Assembly: GCF_001194135.2 (NCBI RefSeq)
Contig: NC_068985.1
Span: 92,536,375 to 92,600,374, forward strand
Length of the DNA stretch: 64,000 bases
Source: Octopus bimaculoides
Lineage: Eukaryota
Direction: 5' to 3'
Position numbers and translations under genes: made by a program. Positions 12,571-25,169 of the stretch are shown here, in pieces. How positions within the stretch are numbered: position 1 is the first letter of the stretch; the number at the start of each line of letters is the position of its first letter. The notes beneath the pieces were generated by a model. That model was not told where the DNA came from. It did not search any database and saw only the letters and a program-made list of their open reading frames with translations.

Positions 12571-13386
12571 AAGAACAAGCAAGTTATTCAGATTACTCAA
12601 CAGAATAATCTGAATGTCAGAGTCTTAAAATGGTTGGCATTAGGAAAGACTTCCAACTGCAGAAACCATGCCAAATCAGACCCTGGAGCTCGATGCAGTT
12701 CTCTGACTCATTAGGGTCCTGTGAACCCTTCTTTGCAAAAGAAAGGACCCCATAGAAAATGTAGTCTTAAACAAACAATGGATGAATAGATTAAGACGAT
12801 GAATACAAGCGTCTTCTTTTGATCATAGGTCTGCCTGAGCAAGACAGACCTTGGGCTAAAGAGAAACATCCTTTGAAACAAAGTATTGCGTTTTTCTTGA
12901 AATTTTTGGCAATTCTTCTCCTTGGTATAATCTTGTGTGGTTAAACCTATTTTTATTAACTAATTTACGTCTTTTACATTTGATTGTTATCCTGATTACA
13001 ATGTGTAATGAAGTAGGATTGAAACTAGAACCATGTGATTGGCAATTGAATTTCTTAAGCATATGGTCATGCTTTGTATTTGTATTCTCAGATTATTTTA
13101 GAATCCAAATCAGCTTGCTGCTAATTTCTTATTTTATCTTTTATTTTCCTCTCTCTCATCCTAAGCACATAACAACAACAACAACAACAACAGCAGCAAA
13201 CAACAAACAACTAACTGTTTTCTATAATCTCTTTGAAAAATCTTCAACATCTGACTGAAATATCATGTTTCAAATACCAGCAATTTATCTTTATACTTTG
13301 TTATTAGAAACAGATTATCGGTTGATCGAATTCTGGAAAATCGTGAATTGTTCTATGAGATTTACAGGTGCTAGGAAGAAAATATT

Positions 13387-13446
<60 letters not shown>
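13387..13446. repeat. (TAG)n microsatellite
   Basis: Direct inspection. Confidence 0.95.
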
Positions 13447-13837
13447 ACAATTTAAAAGAATAAGACAAAAAGCTTCCCAGTAAACTGGTGGTGGTCTGTA
13501 TCAGTTGGAATAGTAGTAAAGTTCTTTAATGAGATTGGATAAGTTTGTATGTGGTGATGACAAGAGGAGGTAACTGGTGTTTCAGATCTGACTCTTTTGT
13601 CTGTGAGAAGAAAGTACTTGAACAAAACAATCAAAGTGGATATTTTTCTTTTTCTCTTAGCTGAGAGCTTAGTCCCAAATGCTTGGTCCTTTTCTCCTCA
13701 AGGCATAAAAATTTACCAAAACTCAATTAACAATTTAAAACCTCTTTTTTATTAGTTCTTTTATCAGCAGTGAATAGACAGAGCTGTGAAAGTCTTGAGG
13801 TGTTTGTTCTGGTATCTTACATTCAGAGATCAGATCT

Positions 13838-14035
13838 GTGTTTGTTTCCCCAACATCGCTTGACAACCGATAGTGGTGTGTTTACGTCCCCATAACCTAG
13901 CGGTTCGGCAAAAGAGGCCAATAGAATAAGTACTAGGATTACAAAGAATAAGTCCTGGGGTCGATTTGCTTGACTAAAGGTGGTGCTCCAGCATGGTCGC
14001 AGTCAGATGACTGAAACAAGTTAAAGAGAGAGAGA
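13838..14035 (+). mobile_element. Family A SINE, 3' half
   Basis: High similarity to 120-307. Confidence 0.85.
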
Positions 14036-14054
14036 AAGAGTATATATATATGAT

Positions 14055-14087
<33 letters not shown>

Positions 14088-14965
14088 ATTTGCTCCTTCT
14101 TACAAGGCATTCATTGGTCCAAAGTTGGAGCAGAAGACACTTGCCTGTGGTCTCACACATTGAAATTAAACTGAAAGCAACACTGTTCCAATGCCAACCA
14201 CTTCACACCATTAACTGAAAGTAGGTTACAAGTCAAAGCTACCCAGGCATTAAACATTATCCATATATAAAAGGGTCAGGCATGACCAGGTTGTTGTAAA
14301 ATCTGTCTATCACTATTTCAATCAAGTGTTTCACTGTATAGATTGATTTTTATCTATGGTTGTGTCGAAAATGGATTTGTAAACATTAATGAAAGAAATA
14401 AAATGAATCGCTGTTTCATTAACCCCAAATCAGTGTTTCATGAAGATATTTTAATGAATTTGCTTAATAATTTTATATATACATACATACATACATACAT
14501 ACNNNNNNNNNNNNNNNNNNNNNNNNNNNNNNNNNNNNNNNNNNNNNNNNNNNNNNNNNNNNNNNNNNNNNNNNNNNNNNNNNNNNNNNNNNNNNNNNNN
14601 NNNNNNNNNNNNNNNNNNNNNNNNNNNNNNNNNNNNNNNNNNNNNNNNNNNNNNNNNNNNNNNNNNNNNNNNNNNNNNNNNNNNNNNNNNNNNNNNNNNN
14701 NNNNNNNNNNNNNNNNNNNNNNNNNNNNNNNNNNNNNNNNNNNNNNNNNNNNNNNNNNNNNNNNNNNNNNNNNNNNNNNNNNNNNNNNNNNNNNNNNNNN
14801 NNNNNNNNNNNNNNNNNNNNNNNNNNNNNNNNNNNNNNNNNNNNNNNNNNNNNNATACATACATACATATATATATATACATCCACCCACACATCACACC
14901 CATACACACACACAAGCATACATCCATGTTAACACATATATATCTGAACACACTCTGTATGTATG

Positions 14966-14996
<31 letters not shown>

Positions 14997-15326
14997 ATGA
15001 GTATCTATACATATGTGTCTATATATATCTACATGCATATTTTTATTTATTGCTTGTATTGTCTATTTTTCCTTTGAGCACAAAACAATTTATCTTTGCA
15101 AATATATCTAATTATTCTCAGATATTCTTAATCTTATCATGCCCATACTTAAATTAACTTTTCTTTTATCTTTCCAAACCTTTCTCTGCCATTATTATTA
15201 GATAAGATTTATATACTTTCATTAGTTTAATTGGTGCTATCACATTTCTTGGCAGCATTTATAATGACTTGAAAGACTCCTCAATAATAAATTTTATATA
15301 TATACGTGTAAGTGTGTGAGCATGCA

Positions 15327-15392
<66 letters not shown>

Positions 15393-15650
15393 TGTATGTA
15401 TATATATATATTTATATGTATATACACACACACATACATACATACATGCATACACTCATACTGTTGATAATTGTCACATCCATTATCGCATCCATATCAA
15501 TTGTTGGTGGATATGACCTTTCTGCTGACTTTTTCATGAAAGATTTTGGTTCACGCATTAATTAGTGAGGGACTTTTATCAATGTTCAGTTGTATGACAA
15601 AGGATACAGTTTTGTCTCATTACCAAATTTAAGACAATATTAAAACTAAG

Positions 15651-15701
<51 letters not shown>

Positions 15702-16304
15702 ATTGATATTTACGTGACGAGCTGACAAAACCATTAGCATGCTGGACAAAATGCTAAGTGGCTTTCTGTCTGAGTTCAAATTGCGCTGAGGTCAGCTTTG
15801 CCTTTCTTCACTTTGGAAGCAATAAAATAAATACCACTTGAGTAGGGGGTGGGGGTGATGTCATCAACTTTTCCCCTCACCCAAAATTTCAAGCCTTGTG
15901 CCTTTTGTAGGAAGGATTATTATTAGCCTTAAAATAGCAAAATAGTCAGCTCCTTGGATAAAATACCTTAGCAGCATTTGTTCTGAATCTTTGCGTTTTA
16001 GGTTCAAATTCCACTATGGTTGACTTAACTCTTTAGTCTTTCAGAGTTGATAAATTAAGAACCAGTTGAGCACAGGGTTGATAAATTCTGCTAATTCACG
16101 CCTCACAAAATTGCTGGCCTTGTGCCAAGTTTAGAAAGACCTTATTATTTGAGATGCTACTTTTGAAAGCTAGTTTGATTTAAAAGTCAGATTCTTTGGT
16201 TTTTGAGTTAAAGAATTGTCAGGTTTGAAAACTAAATAGAAATGGAAAGAAAATTTAATAAAGTTGTGGTGTTTCTTCAAATTGAATAAGAATAATCCTC
16301 ACAG

Positions 16305-16570
16305 CACATGGAGGCACATTGCCTAGGGGTTAGAGCAGCGGACTCGTGGTCGAGGGACTGCATGTTTGAATCTCAGACCGGGCGATGTGTGTGTTTATGA
16401 GCGAAATACCTAATCTCCACCTTGCTCTGGCAGAAGATAATGGCAAAGTCTGTTGACTTTCTCACGCTTTCCTCCTGCATCTAGCAGCTCACCTGTAATG
16501 GACCAGCTTACCATCCAGGTGGGGAACCTATGCACCAATGAAACCATGCATGGCTTGAGGAGGAACAAGC
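16305..16570 (+). mobile_element. tRNA-derived SINE (separate family)
   Basis: GCCTAGGGGTTAGAGC and GTTTGAATCTC box-like motifs; a CpG-rich head; tail CCTGTAATGGACCAGCTTACCATCCAGG. Confidence 0.55.
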
Positions 16571-16864
16571 CATCTTCACAGCATTTCTTGTAGATTGGTT
16601 ATTGTAGCATGTAGCCAGTTGACTGATTGTATTGGAGGGGGGGGGGTTCCATTAAAAATTAATCATTACANNNNNNNNNNGGGGGGGGGGGTTCCATTAA
16701 AAATTAATCATTACATTGTCTGTTTAATTAGTTTTCTACTTCTTCAAGTATTAAGATTGCAGAAAACATTTAATTGCAGTACTGGCATACACGCTGCTGT
16801 TGAAAATATTTATACAAATGCAACAAAAGAGAATTCTTAACTAAAAGATTTGGTGGTATTTTGC

Positions 16865-17080
16865 CCATGCAGACCCTGGCCGAGTAGATCTATGTTCAAA
16901 GACATTTTGGCCATGGCTATCCTGTCTTACCAATTTAAATATTTTATCTTGAAGAGGACATTTATCCAGTGAGTACTTCCATTTTTAAGATCGCAGTGTG
17001 ATTTAAGGGAGATTTTACTGCTATTTCTAGCAAATCAAGTGACTTCATAGACTTTCTCATATTGAATTTCACAGAAACTG
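16865..17080 (+). repeat. Family D dispersed repeat (~200 bp; pieces at ~1240, 1790, 9215, 11590, 12810, 18605, 19360, 46185, 50150, 59505-59720, 62570)
   Basis: Recurrent GTGTGATTTGAGG(A/G)AGATTTGGCTGCTATTTCTAG and CCTATG(A/T)TCAAAG(A/G)CATTCCAG motifs on both strands. Confidence 0.6.
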
Positions 17081-17881
17081 ATCAGTGAGTATTATTAGTT
17101 CCATTGACCAGAATCGAACCCTAAAGATACTGTGTTGGGTAACAAGACCACACAAGTATTCTGTATTCCTTTGTTTTGTTTTTTTTTTGTTTTTTCATGA
17201 ACTACTTTGATCTGGTTTAGCTTATTTAATTTTACTCCATTTTTATAGTTAAAAAATTTTTTTTAATGGTTCCTAAAGAAGGTATAACCATCAAGTGAAA
17301 CTTTAAAAAGTGAACAGAGAAGAGAAAACATACTTTTAAGGTCCAGTGAGAATAGAGATTACAGACAGTTTAGGGGATAGAATAGAAAACAACAGATGCC
17401 AGCATTGCCCCTTATCCCTGCCACTTTCTGTTTAACTCTAGGGGCCCTCTGTAAATTCCCTACCAATTCCTACTATTACCACCACCACCACCACCACCAC
17501 TCCTACTACTCCTACCCTGTTCTGGCTCCAGAATCTTTGCATGCTTCATATTTATTAACCAGATGGTATAGATATCTATGAATGTACAGTCAGCCATATA
17601 TCCTCTTTTAGGGGTTCCATCTGATGTTGATGGATAATGATTACTGTTCTTCCTCCTTTCATTCACCAGCAGCAACATTCCATTCATATTCTCTCACATC
17701 TACCATTTGATATATTTTCTCCCCTGCCATGTTATGGTCAATCTACTTCCGGGCCAAAATATGAAATATTGATTCCATTTAAAGGCACCAGGTGAATTAT
17801 ATAACAGAAGAAGTATAAGTTGAATGAATCAATTTCAACAGTATTGCTAGTGCTTATTCTACCAGTGAGTGAGTGAGAGAC

Positions 17882-17930
<49 letters not shown>

Positions 17931-18689
17931 AAAGGAAGTGCTCTATTGGGATTTAAACACAGAATTGGAAAAGACAGAATTAAATATGGCCAACACTCAA
18001 CTGTCTAGCATCTTTTAAAATATCAAATATTAATGATTCTCAAAACCTCCTTGAAATAAATTTGATGTGAAAGATGAAAAAGAAATAAATATACTGGAGA
18101 AGAATGTATTTCCTTCTTGTAAATTTCATATAACTCTAGACTGTATTGTTAAAATATATATGTATGTGTTAGTTATTTAAAACATGTTGCTGAAATATTT
18201 CTGCAGCTTTTAAAACCTGGATGAGTTTATCACCTCACACCAGGTCATTTCTTTCTTTCAAGTTTGTTATTTGTCTTCTTTATTTCTCAAACTTTGAGTG
18301 AAGTTCTGCGTTATAAATCACATCTTCAAGAGAAGAAGGTTAGAATGATGTGCAGAAATCATATATTTCAAATTCAATTTCGACTTTGGAATATCTTGGC
18401 TGTTCATTTCCTTTTATACAGTTTTGGCCTTTTGTGCATGTTGTACATGGAATTTCAAATATTATCAGCTTCTTGAGACATGAAAAGACGAAAGCATCTA
18501 ATTTTCAGCTTGTTAGAACACTTCAGGTGTCGAGAGAGAAGATGGTTTAAAGACCCATAAAACCAAACATATAAACCCTAAGATTGACGTTTTTGTTGTT
18601 ATTCTTTAACACCAAGGCAATCCTAATTGAGTAGGACTATGTTCAAAGACTTTCCAGGTGTGACCAACTTGTCTGATCCAGGTTCTTTT

Positions 18690-18870
18690 TTATGGATTCA
18701 GTCCTCCACTGCATGGGACATTAAGCAAGTGTCTTCTACTGTAGCCCAATGCTAATACCGGACTTAAATAAGTTAGTGAGGTCAATTTGCCCAACTAAAA
18801 CCCTTTCAAAGCATTGAAGGCATTACCCCAGCATGGCCACTGTCTATTCACTGAAACAAGTAAAAGATAA
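18690..18870 (+). mobile_element. Family A SINE, internally deleted
   Basis: Head remnant joined to the tail. Confidence 0.65.
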
Positions 18871-18880
18871 AGCTATGTGA

Positions 18881-18989
18881 TACAGTTCTATATTTAAGAG
18901 ATGAGGAATTATGTACATTAATTACATTATTTACATTTGACGGATATTTGTTCTCATCTTGTATGTTGTTAACACAACTTTTCGGCTGA
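18881..18989 (-). mobile_element. Inverted copy of the family C 3' part (3' half of the hammerhead plus tail)
   Basis: Reverse complement reads TCAGCCGAAAAGTTGTGTTAACAAC...CTCTTAAATATAGAACTGTA, matching 11959-12057. Confidence 0.75.
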
Positions 18990-19041
<52 letters not shown>

Positions 19042-19165
19042 CGTCATCGTTTAACGTCCGCTTTCCATGCTAGCATGGGTTGGACGATTTGACTGAGGAC
19101 TGGTGAACCAGATGGCTACACCAGGCTCCAATCTGATTTGGCAGAGTTTCTACAGCTGGATGCCC

Positions 19166-19208
<43 letters not shown>

Positions 19209-19355
19209 CATCGAAAAATAGCTTAGGAATGAGAACTCATGTTCGAAATTTCCTCAAGACACCTGACGAAGGCTGGAGGGTATACCAGCCGAAACGTTGT
19301 GTTAACAACAAACAAGATGAGGACAAATATCCATCAAATGTGAATAATGTAAATA
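18987..19355 (+). mobile_element. Family C copy, 5'-truncated and interrupted by a family E fragment (19041-19167)
   Basis: TGACCTGA(ATA)n junction similar to 11812; the body resumes at 19207 (accatcgaaaaatagcttaggaatgagaac...). Confidence 0.65.
19258..19303 (+). ncRNA. Minimal type I hammerhead ribozyme motif with intact core, inside a family C element
   Basis: Stem I GACAC (19258-62); CTGACGA (19263-69); one extra A; stem II GGCTGG-agggtata-CCAGCC (19271-90); GAAA (19291-94); palindromic ACGT stem III; predicted cleavage after GTT (19298); stem I' GTGTT. Confidence 0.75.
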
Positions 19356-20243
19356 AAGCCATGTGATTTGAGGAAAGTTAGGTTGCTATTTCTAGTAGGT
19401 TGAGAAACCACATTGATTCCTGCAACATGAAAGATTGCATTTTTATCCCCATACTCTACCTAATAATAATATTGTTATGAGATAAATTTGCTTTGCCATA
19501 CGTAGTTGCTCAAATAGATATTGCTTATATGACTCCATGGCTTCTAATTGTTTTAAATTGCTGTCATAAAGTTGTACTTTTGTTTCCTTATCTTTGTTTC
19601 TGTATAATTTTTGTTGCTTTTATAAACTAGATATTTTAATGACAGATGTCACTACACACATCACATATCTATTGCAGAATTCACTTTCACAAAAAGTTTT
19701 TTGTTTTTTTGTTGTTTTTTTTTTTGACTGATTTTTATCTGGTGTATCATAGAGATAAACAATCTTGCTAATTTGTTGACTATTAATAAAAGAGAATTTT
19801 TCTATCATTTGTCAACATGTCTGCTGTCAGTCATAAAAGTGGTAGAAGATTATAGTCAGGATGGCAGTAAGCTGGAATAAACAGAGTTTAATAGTTGTAA
19901 TTTATTTGAATAAACAACAAAATTATTTACAAGTGAAAACTACACAAATATAGGCAGCTGTATTCTCATATGATTATAAAAATGTTAGCTGGGAGAAAAA
20001 GAGATATATTAAATATGAAATATGCAGCTTTATTCAAGAATTTTTGTGTATTTACATATGCACACACCTACGTATACTTCTATATCTGCAATGGTATAGC
20101 GTTTTACTTTTTTATCTGCTTTTTATATTGATCACATTTTGGATATATACTACTGCTCGAAAACCATTTTTGTACTAAAATGGGCTCAATCTGAACTTCA
20201 TTTTCTATTCATGTCCTTTTCTTTCCTACCATGTAGTTAAGTA

Positions 20244-20630
20244 AGTTACTTGCCTGTGTGGCTGTATGGTTAAGAAACTTGCTTCTCAGCCTTATGGTTG
20301 TGGGTTCAGTACCATTGTATGGCACCTTCGCTAAATATCTTCTACCATAGTTTTGGGCTGATCAAAGCCTTTTGTGTGGATTTGGTTGTCAGAATCTGCA
20401 TGGAAATCCATTGTGTGTGTGTGTGTGTTTTGTGTTTATTAACTCCCACTGCTTGAGAACCAGTGTTGGTTTGTTTACATCCCTGTAACTTAGCAGTTCT
20501 GCAAAAGCGACTGATAGAATAAACCCCAGATTTGAAAAAAATATGTACTGGGATTGATTTGTTTGTTTAAATCCTTTAAGACTGTTTCCTAGAACAACTG
20601 CAGCCCAAAGACAAGAACAAAGAAAAGATA
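20244..20630 (+). mobile_element. Family A SINE
   Basis: Head, (TG)n and a diverged tail. Confidence 0.75.
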
Positions 20631-21028
20631 TATTATGGTCTTTGCTCCATCAGGCAATATTCTATAAATACTTAAGAATTTGGAAAATCTTGGATTCAAT
20701 TTCCAAACCCCATTCTCATNNNNNNNNNNNNNNNNNNNNNNNNNNNNNNNNNNNNNNNNNNNNNNNNNNNNNNNNNNNNNNNNNNNNNNNNNNNNNNNNN
20801 NNNNNNNNNNNNNNNNNNNNNNNNNNNNNNNNNNNNNNNNNNNNNNNNNNNNNNNNNNNNNNNNNNNNNNNNNNNNNNNNNNNNNNNNNNNNNNNNNNNN
20901 NNNNNNNNNNNNNNNNNNNNNNNNNNNNNNNNNNNNNNNNNNNNNNNNNNNNNNNNNNNNNNNNNNNNNNNNNNNNNNNNNNNNNNNNNNNNNNNNNNNN
21001 NNNNNNNNNNNNNNNNNNNNNNNNNNNN

Positions 21029-21048
<20 letters not shown>

Positions 21049-21059
<11 letters not shown>

Positions 21060-21280
21060 GCAGGTATGTATCTATTTGTGCATCTGTGTTTGTTCCCCAC
21101 CATCGCTTGACAACTGACGTCGGTGTGTTTACCTCCCTGTAACTTAGCAGTTCGGCATAAGAGACCAACAGAATAAGTACTAGGGCTTACTAAGAATAAG
21201 TCCTGCGGTTCGATTTGTGCGGCAAAAGGCGGTGCTCCAGCATGGCCCCAGTCAAATGACTGAAACAAGTAAAAGAAAAG
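21049..21280 (+). mobile_element. Family A SINE, 3' half (head probably in the gap)
   Basis: Tail match after the gap and (TA)n. Confidence 0.8.
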
Positions 21281-21344
21281 AGCTAGGCAACCAAGAGTCA
21301 GGGCTTTTATGCTTTATTTTGTTTTTCTTTTGTATTTTTATTTT

Positions 21345-21720
21345 ATTTTTATCTTTTATTGTTTCAGTCATTAAGACCATGGCCATGCTGGAGCACCGCC
21401 TTGAAGAATTTTTAGTTGACTGAATCAACTCCAGGACTTCTGACACTTATTCTGTCGGTCTCTTTTGCTAAACTGCTAAGTTATGAGAATGCAAACACAC
21501 CAACACCGGTTGTTAACTAGTGGTGTGGAACATACACACACATACAGACACATAGGGAGGGCTTCTTTCAATGTTTGTTTACTAAATCCACTCACAAGGC
21601 TTTTGGCTAGCCCAAGGCTATAGTAGAGATACTCACTCAAGATACCACACAGCGGGATTGAACCCAGAACCACATGATTGGGATGTAAGCTTCTTACCAC
21701 GCAGCCATGTCTGCACCTGT
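21345..21720 (-). mobile_element. Family A SINE
   Basis: Full reverse-complement match; tail-to-tail with the previous copy. Confidence 0.8.
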
Positions 21721-22087
21721 ATGGAATAGAATTTTTTCCCCCCTAAAATCCATGGAATTTCATCTGAATGATCAACAAGATCATTCGGTACTGGATTATG
21801 TAAAATTTTCCCGAGGATTTGGTTTAGTTACCATCCATTGGACTTCTGCCCAAGCAGGGTTGACTTGAGCCCCACTCTCTTCCACCATCCCTGAACAACC
21901 ATCTCAAGGGCAAAGCAAAAATATTAAAACAGTAAACTCCTAAGAGAGTCCCACATTTCATCACTGAACACTTTTCCAACTCTCATCAGCCATTAAAATA
22001 ACATGCACTCTTTCACCTTTATCTCAAATAATATGCTCCCATGGTTCTGTCTTTTAGATGTTTTGTTAATACTCTAACCTCTCATTC

Positions 22088-22550
<463 letters not shown>

Positions 22551-22842
22551 CTCTGTTCTGTAGCTACCTTAAAGCCAGTTAATTAATTCACTGTTTCTAT
22601 CCCCAACACACACTTCCACTGTATCTTATTTCAAAAGACCCTCTATGGAACCCATGTTTTTTTTGTTGTTGTTTTATCTCTCTTCATCCAGAAATGAACT
22701 CTTCTGCAACCTCCTCCTGTTTATGTTTTCATTTTGCTTACCAAACTGTCAACAGTTTTAAACCACAACTTCATAAGCTCAGCCAGTGATTTTAACTCAC
22801 TTCAAGTGTAGCAGCAACTTAACAATAACAGTAATTTCTCTA

Positions 22843-23076
22843 AAGCGGTGAGCTGGCAGAAACGTTAGCACACTGGGCACAATGCATAGCGGTTTTTCTT
22901 CTTCTGTTACGTTCTGAGTTCAAATTCCACCGAGGTCAACTTTGCCTTTTGTTCTTTCAGGGTTGATAAATTATGTACCAGTTACGCACTGGTATCAATG
23001 TAATCGACTTAATCCCTTTGTCTGTCCTTGTTTGTCCCCTCTATGATTAGCCCCTTGTGGGCAATAAAAAAAAAAA
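22843..23076 (+). mobile_element. Family B SINE with LINE-like tail and poly(A)
   Basis: GCGGTGAGCTGGCAGAAACGTTAGCAC...GAGTTCAAATTCC...GTACCAG, then a tail ending GGGCAATAAAAAAAAAAAA. Confidence 0.8.
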
Positions 23077-23471
23077 TTTAATATATTCAACAATAATATT
23101 AATATTGCACTAAGAAATTTCATGTAAAATATTTGTTAATTCCATTTAACCCTTTTAATACCAACCTACCCTATACAAAATCTATCGTTTTAATGCCATC
23201 CTCATTTACTCCAGTTCTCTAAGACTGCATGGGTTTAACCGATCATCACAATCTGTATCAGTTCTTATTCAGAGTTACTGTCCTTCTACATCAATCAAAA
23301 CATTGTGTCTCACTCACACAAGCTATTTTAGCATAACTTGTACGACCGCTTGCTTTTCTTATCAACCAATTTACAGAGAATACTGAGTGCATTTAATTGT
23401 AACACCAGCATTAGGGAGGTTGCTTTGTCTTCAGCAAAGCCAAAGAGTTCCCTGCTATTGCTGTTCTCTAA

Positions 23472-23708
23472 CTCCTTTAGAATTTAAATTATTTTGTCAA
23501 ATGTAATGCTTCTTTATTCACATTGCTTTGAATTAATCATGCAGTTATGTCACAGCTTCAAAATTTTAATGATGGAATTGTCTATTTTTAGAATGACATT
23601 GTAGGGTAGGTGTGAGAGGCCAAATCTAGCCTGTTTGTACATTGAAACAGGAAGAATATTGGGACTGGTTATGGCTGGTTATGGCTGGTTAAAATAGTAA
23701 CAGATTAA
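23472..23708 (-). mobile_element. piggyBac-type MITE
   Basis: Reverse-complement match to 2351-2563 (GGTGTGAGAGGCCAAATCTAGCC etc.). Confidence 0.65.
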
Positions 23709-24254
23709 TATGAAGATATTTAATATCTTCATATTAAAGATTAAAAGCTTTTATCATAATTTTATTCAAGAAACTTACAGACGCAAAATAATGACGATGG
23801 TGATGGTGGTGACGATGATGATGATGACGATGATGATGATGATATTAGGTTATATTACAAACACCATCTTATCAATGAAAATGTCATTTTATAAAGTCTT
23901 TTCAATTCTTGATTATATTCAAAATTGACAACACAGACTATGTATTTCCATCTGTAGTACAATCATGAAAGAAGTAAACATCAGTAGAAATATATTGGAA
24001 TGATAATAATAATCACTGATATTGTGTAGAGGCTTCAACCATGTTTGGTTCTGATGAAATCTGAATGATGACAGATTCAAACTGTGAAACGAGTCGAGAG
24101 GAGTCAGGCTTAGCTATGGTTTCTATGGCAGTTCATTTATATAACTTCATTTTCTACCATTTATTTCCTTTTGTTTATTTCATTTTGAATTCACACATTG
24201 CACATGTGTTCATAACATGTGACATATAGACACACACATACACTTGCACGTGTA

Positions 24255-24301
<47 letters not shown>

Positions 24302-24616
24302 TCATGCACACGCATACATATGTATGTGTGGTAATAATATGGATGTAACCATGTACCACCTGTTCTCCCTTATTGTATCCCAATTCCATTCATGACTGTT
24401 ACATTGTCTTAGAAGCTGCATTGGTGGTGGTGGTGGTGGTATTGGTAGTGGTGGTGGTTGCCATGAAGAGGAAATTGTGGAGAGCAGAAGGTCAAAAAAT
24501 CACAATGGATGCTTTGCTTTGTTTTAGTTTCATATTTGTTGTTGTTTTTTATTTACTTCCTATTTTCCCTTTCTTAACAATTAAATCATTTATTGTTCAA
24601 CCTCAGATAATAAATA

Positions 24617-25134
24617 TGCGTATGGCTGTCTGGCAAGAAGCTTGCTTCCCAACCACATGGTTCTGGGTTCAGTCCTATTGAATTGCACCTAGTAGTGCGT
24701 TCTACTATAGCCTCAAACTGACCAAAGCTTTGTGAGTGGATTTGGTAGACGGAAGCTAAAAGAAGCCTGTCATATATGCTGTATTTAATGGCCTATAAGA
24801 CGCACCTTTTTTACCCCAAAGTGGCTTAAAAAATACCTCTGCTTCCAATGCACTCAATGTAGGCTCAAAACTCGCTCAAAACGGTATGTATGTTTACAAA
24901 ACAGGTGCTGCCATCTATTGGTGAGCAATCACCTACAGTTTATATCGAATGTAGATTCAATAAATTGTTTATAATTACCGGTAATAACATAAAGTTATAC
25001 CAGTAAGTGGAGGAATTATAACATTATTTTAGAGGTAATTTATTTTATACACATATAGCCTAGGCTAGGGTACATTCTGGGCACTCGTGCATCTTATAGG
25101 CTATCAAATGCGGTATATATGTATGTGTGTATTT

Positions 25135-25169
<35 letters not shown>

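Larger units (their letters stand above)
11684..12627 (+). mobile_element. piggyBac-type MITE split by family C and family A insertions
   Basis: Pieces at 11684-11720 (CCCTTTAGTATTTAAACTGGCC), 12058-12172 (core) and ~12598-12627 (AACAGAATAATCTGAATG...TTAA). Confidence 0.55.

Noticed and set aside
16631-16715. Direct repeat of G-run plus TTCCATTAAAAATTAATCATTACA
   Set aside because: The copies flank a 10-N gap, so this is most likely an unmerged contig overlap.
22735-22800. Minus-strand ELKSLAELMKLWFKTVDSL with a GTAAGC donor, faintly like the OAS LIRLVKHWY motif
   Set aside because: It is too short and has no supporting neighbouring exons.
23330-23480. 50-codon minus-strand open frame (KELENSNSRELFGFAEDK...)
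   Set aside because: It starts inside a MITE end and has no recognisable domain or good splice sites.
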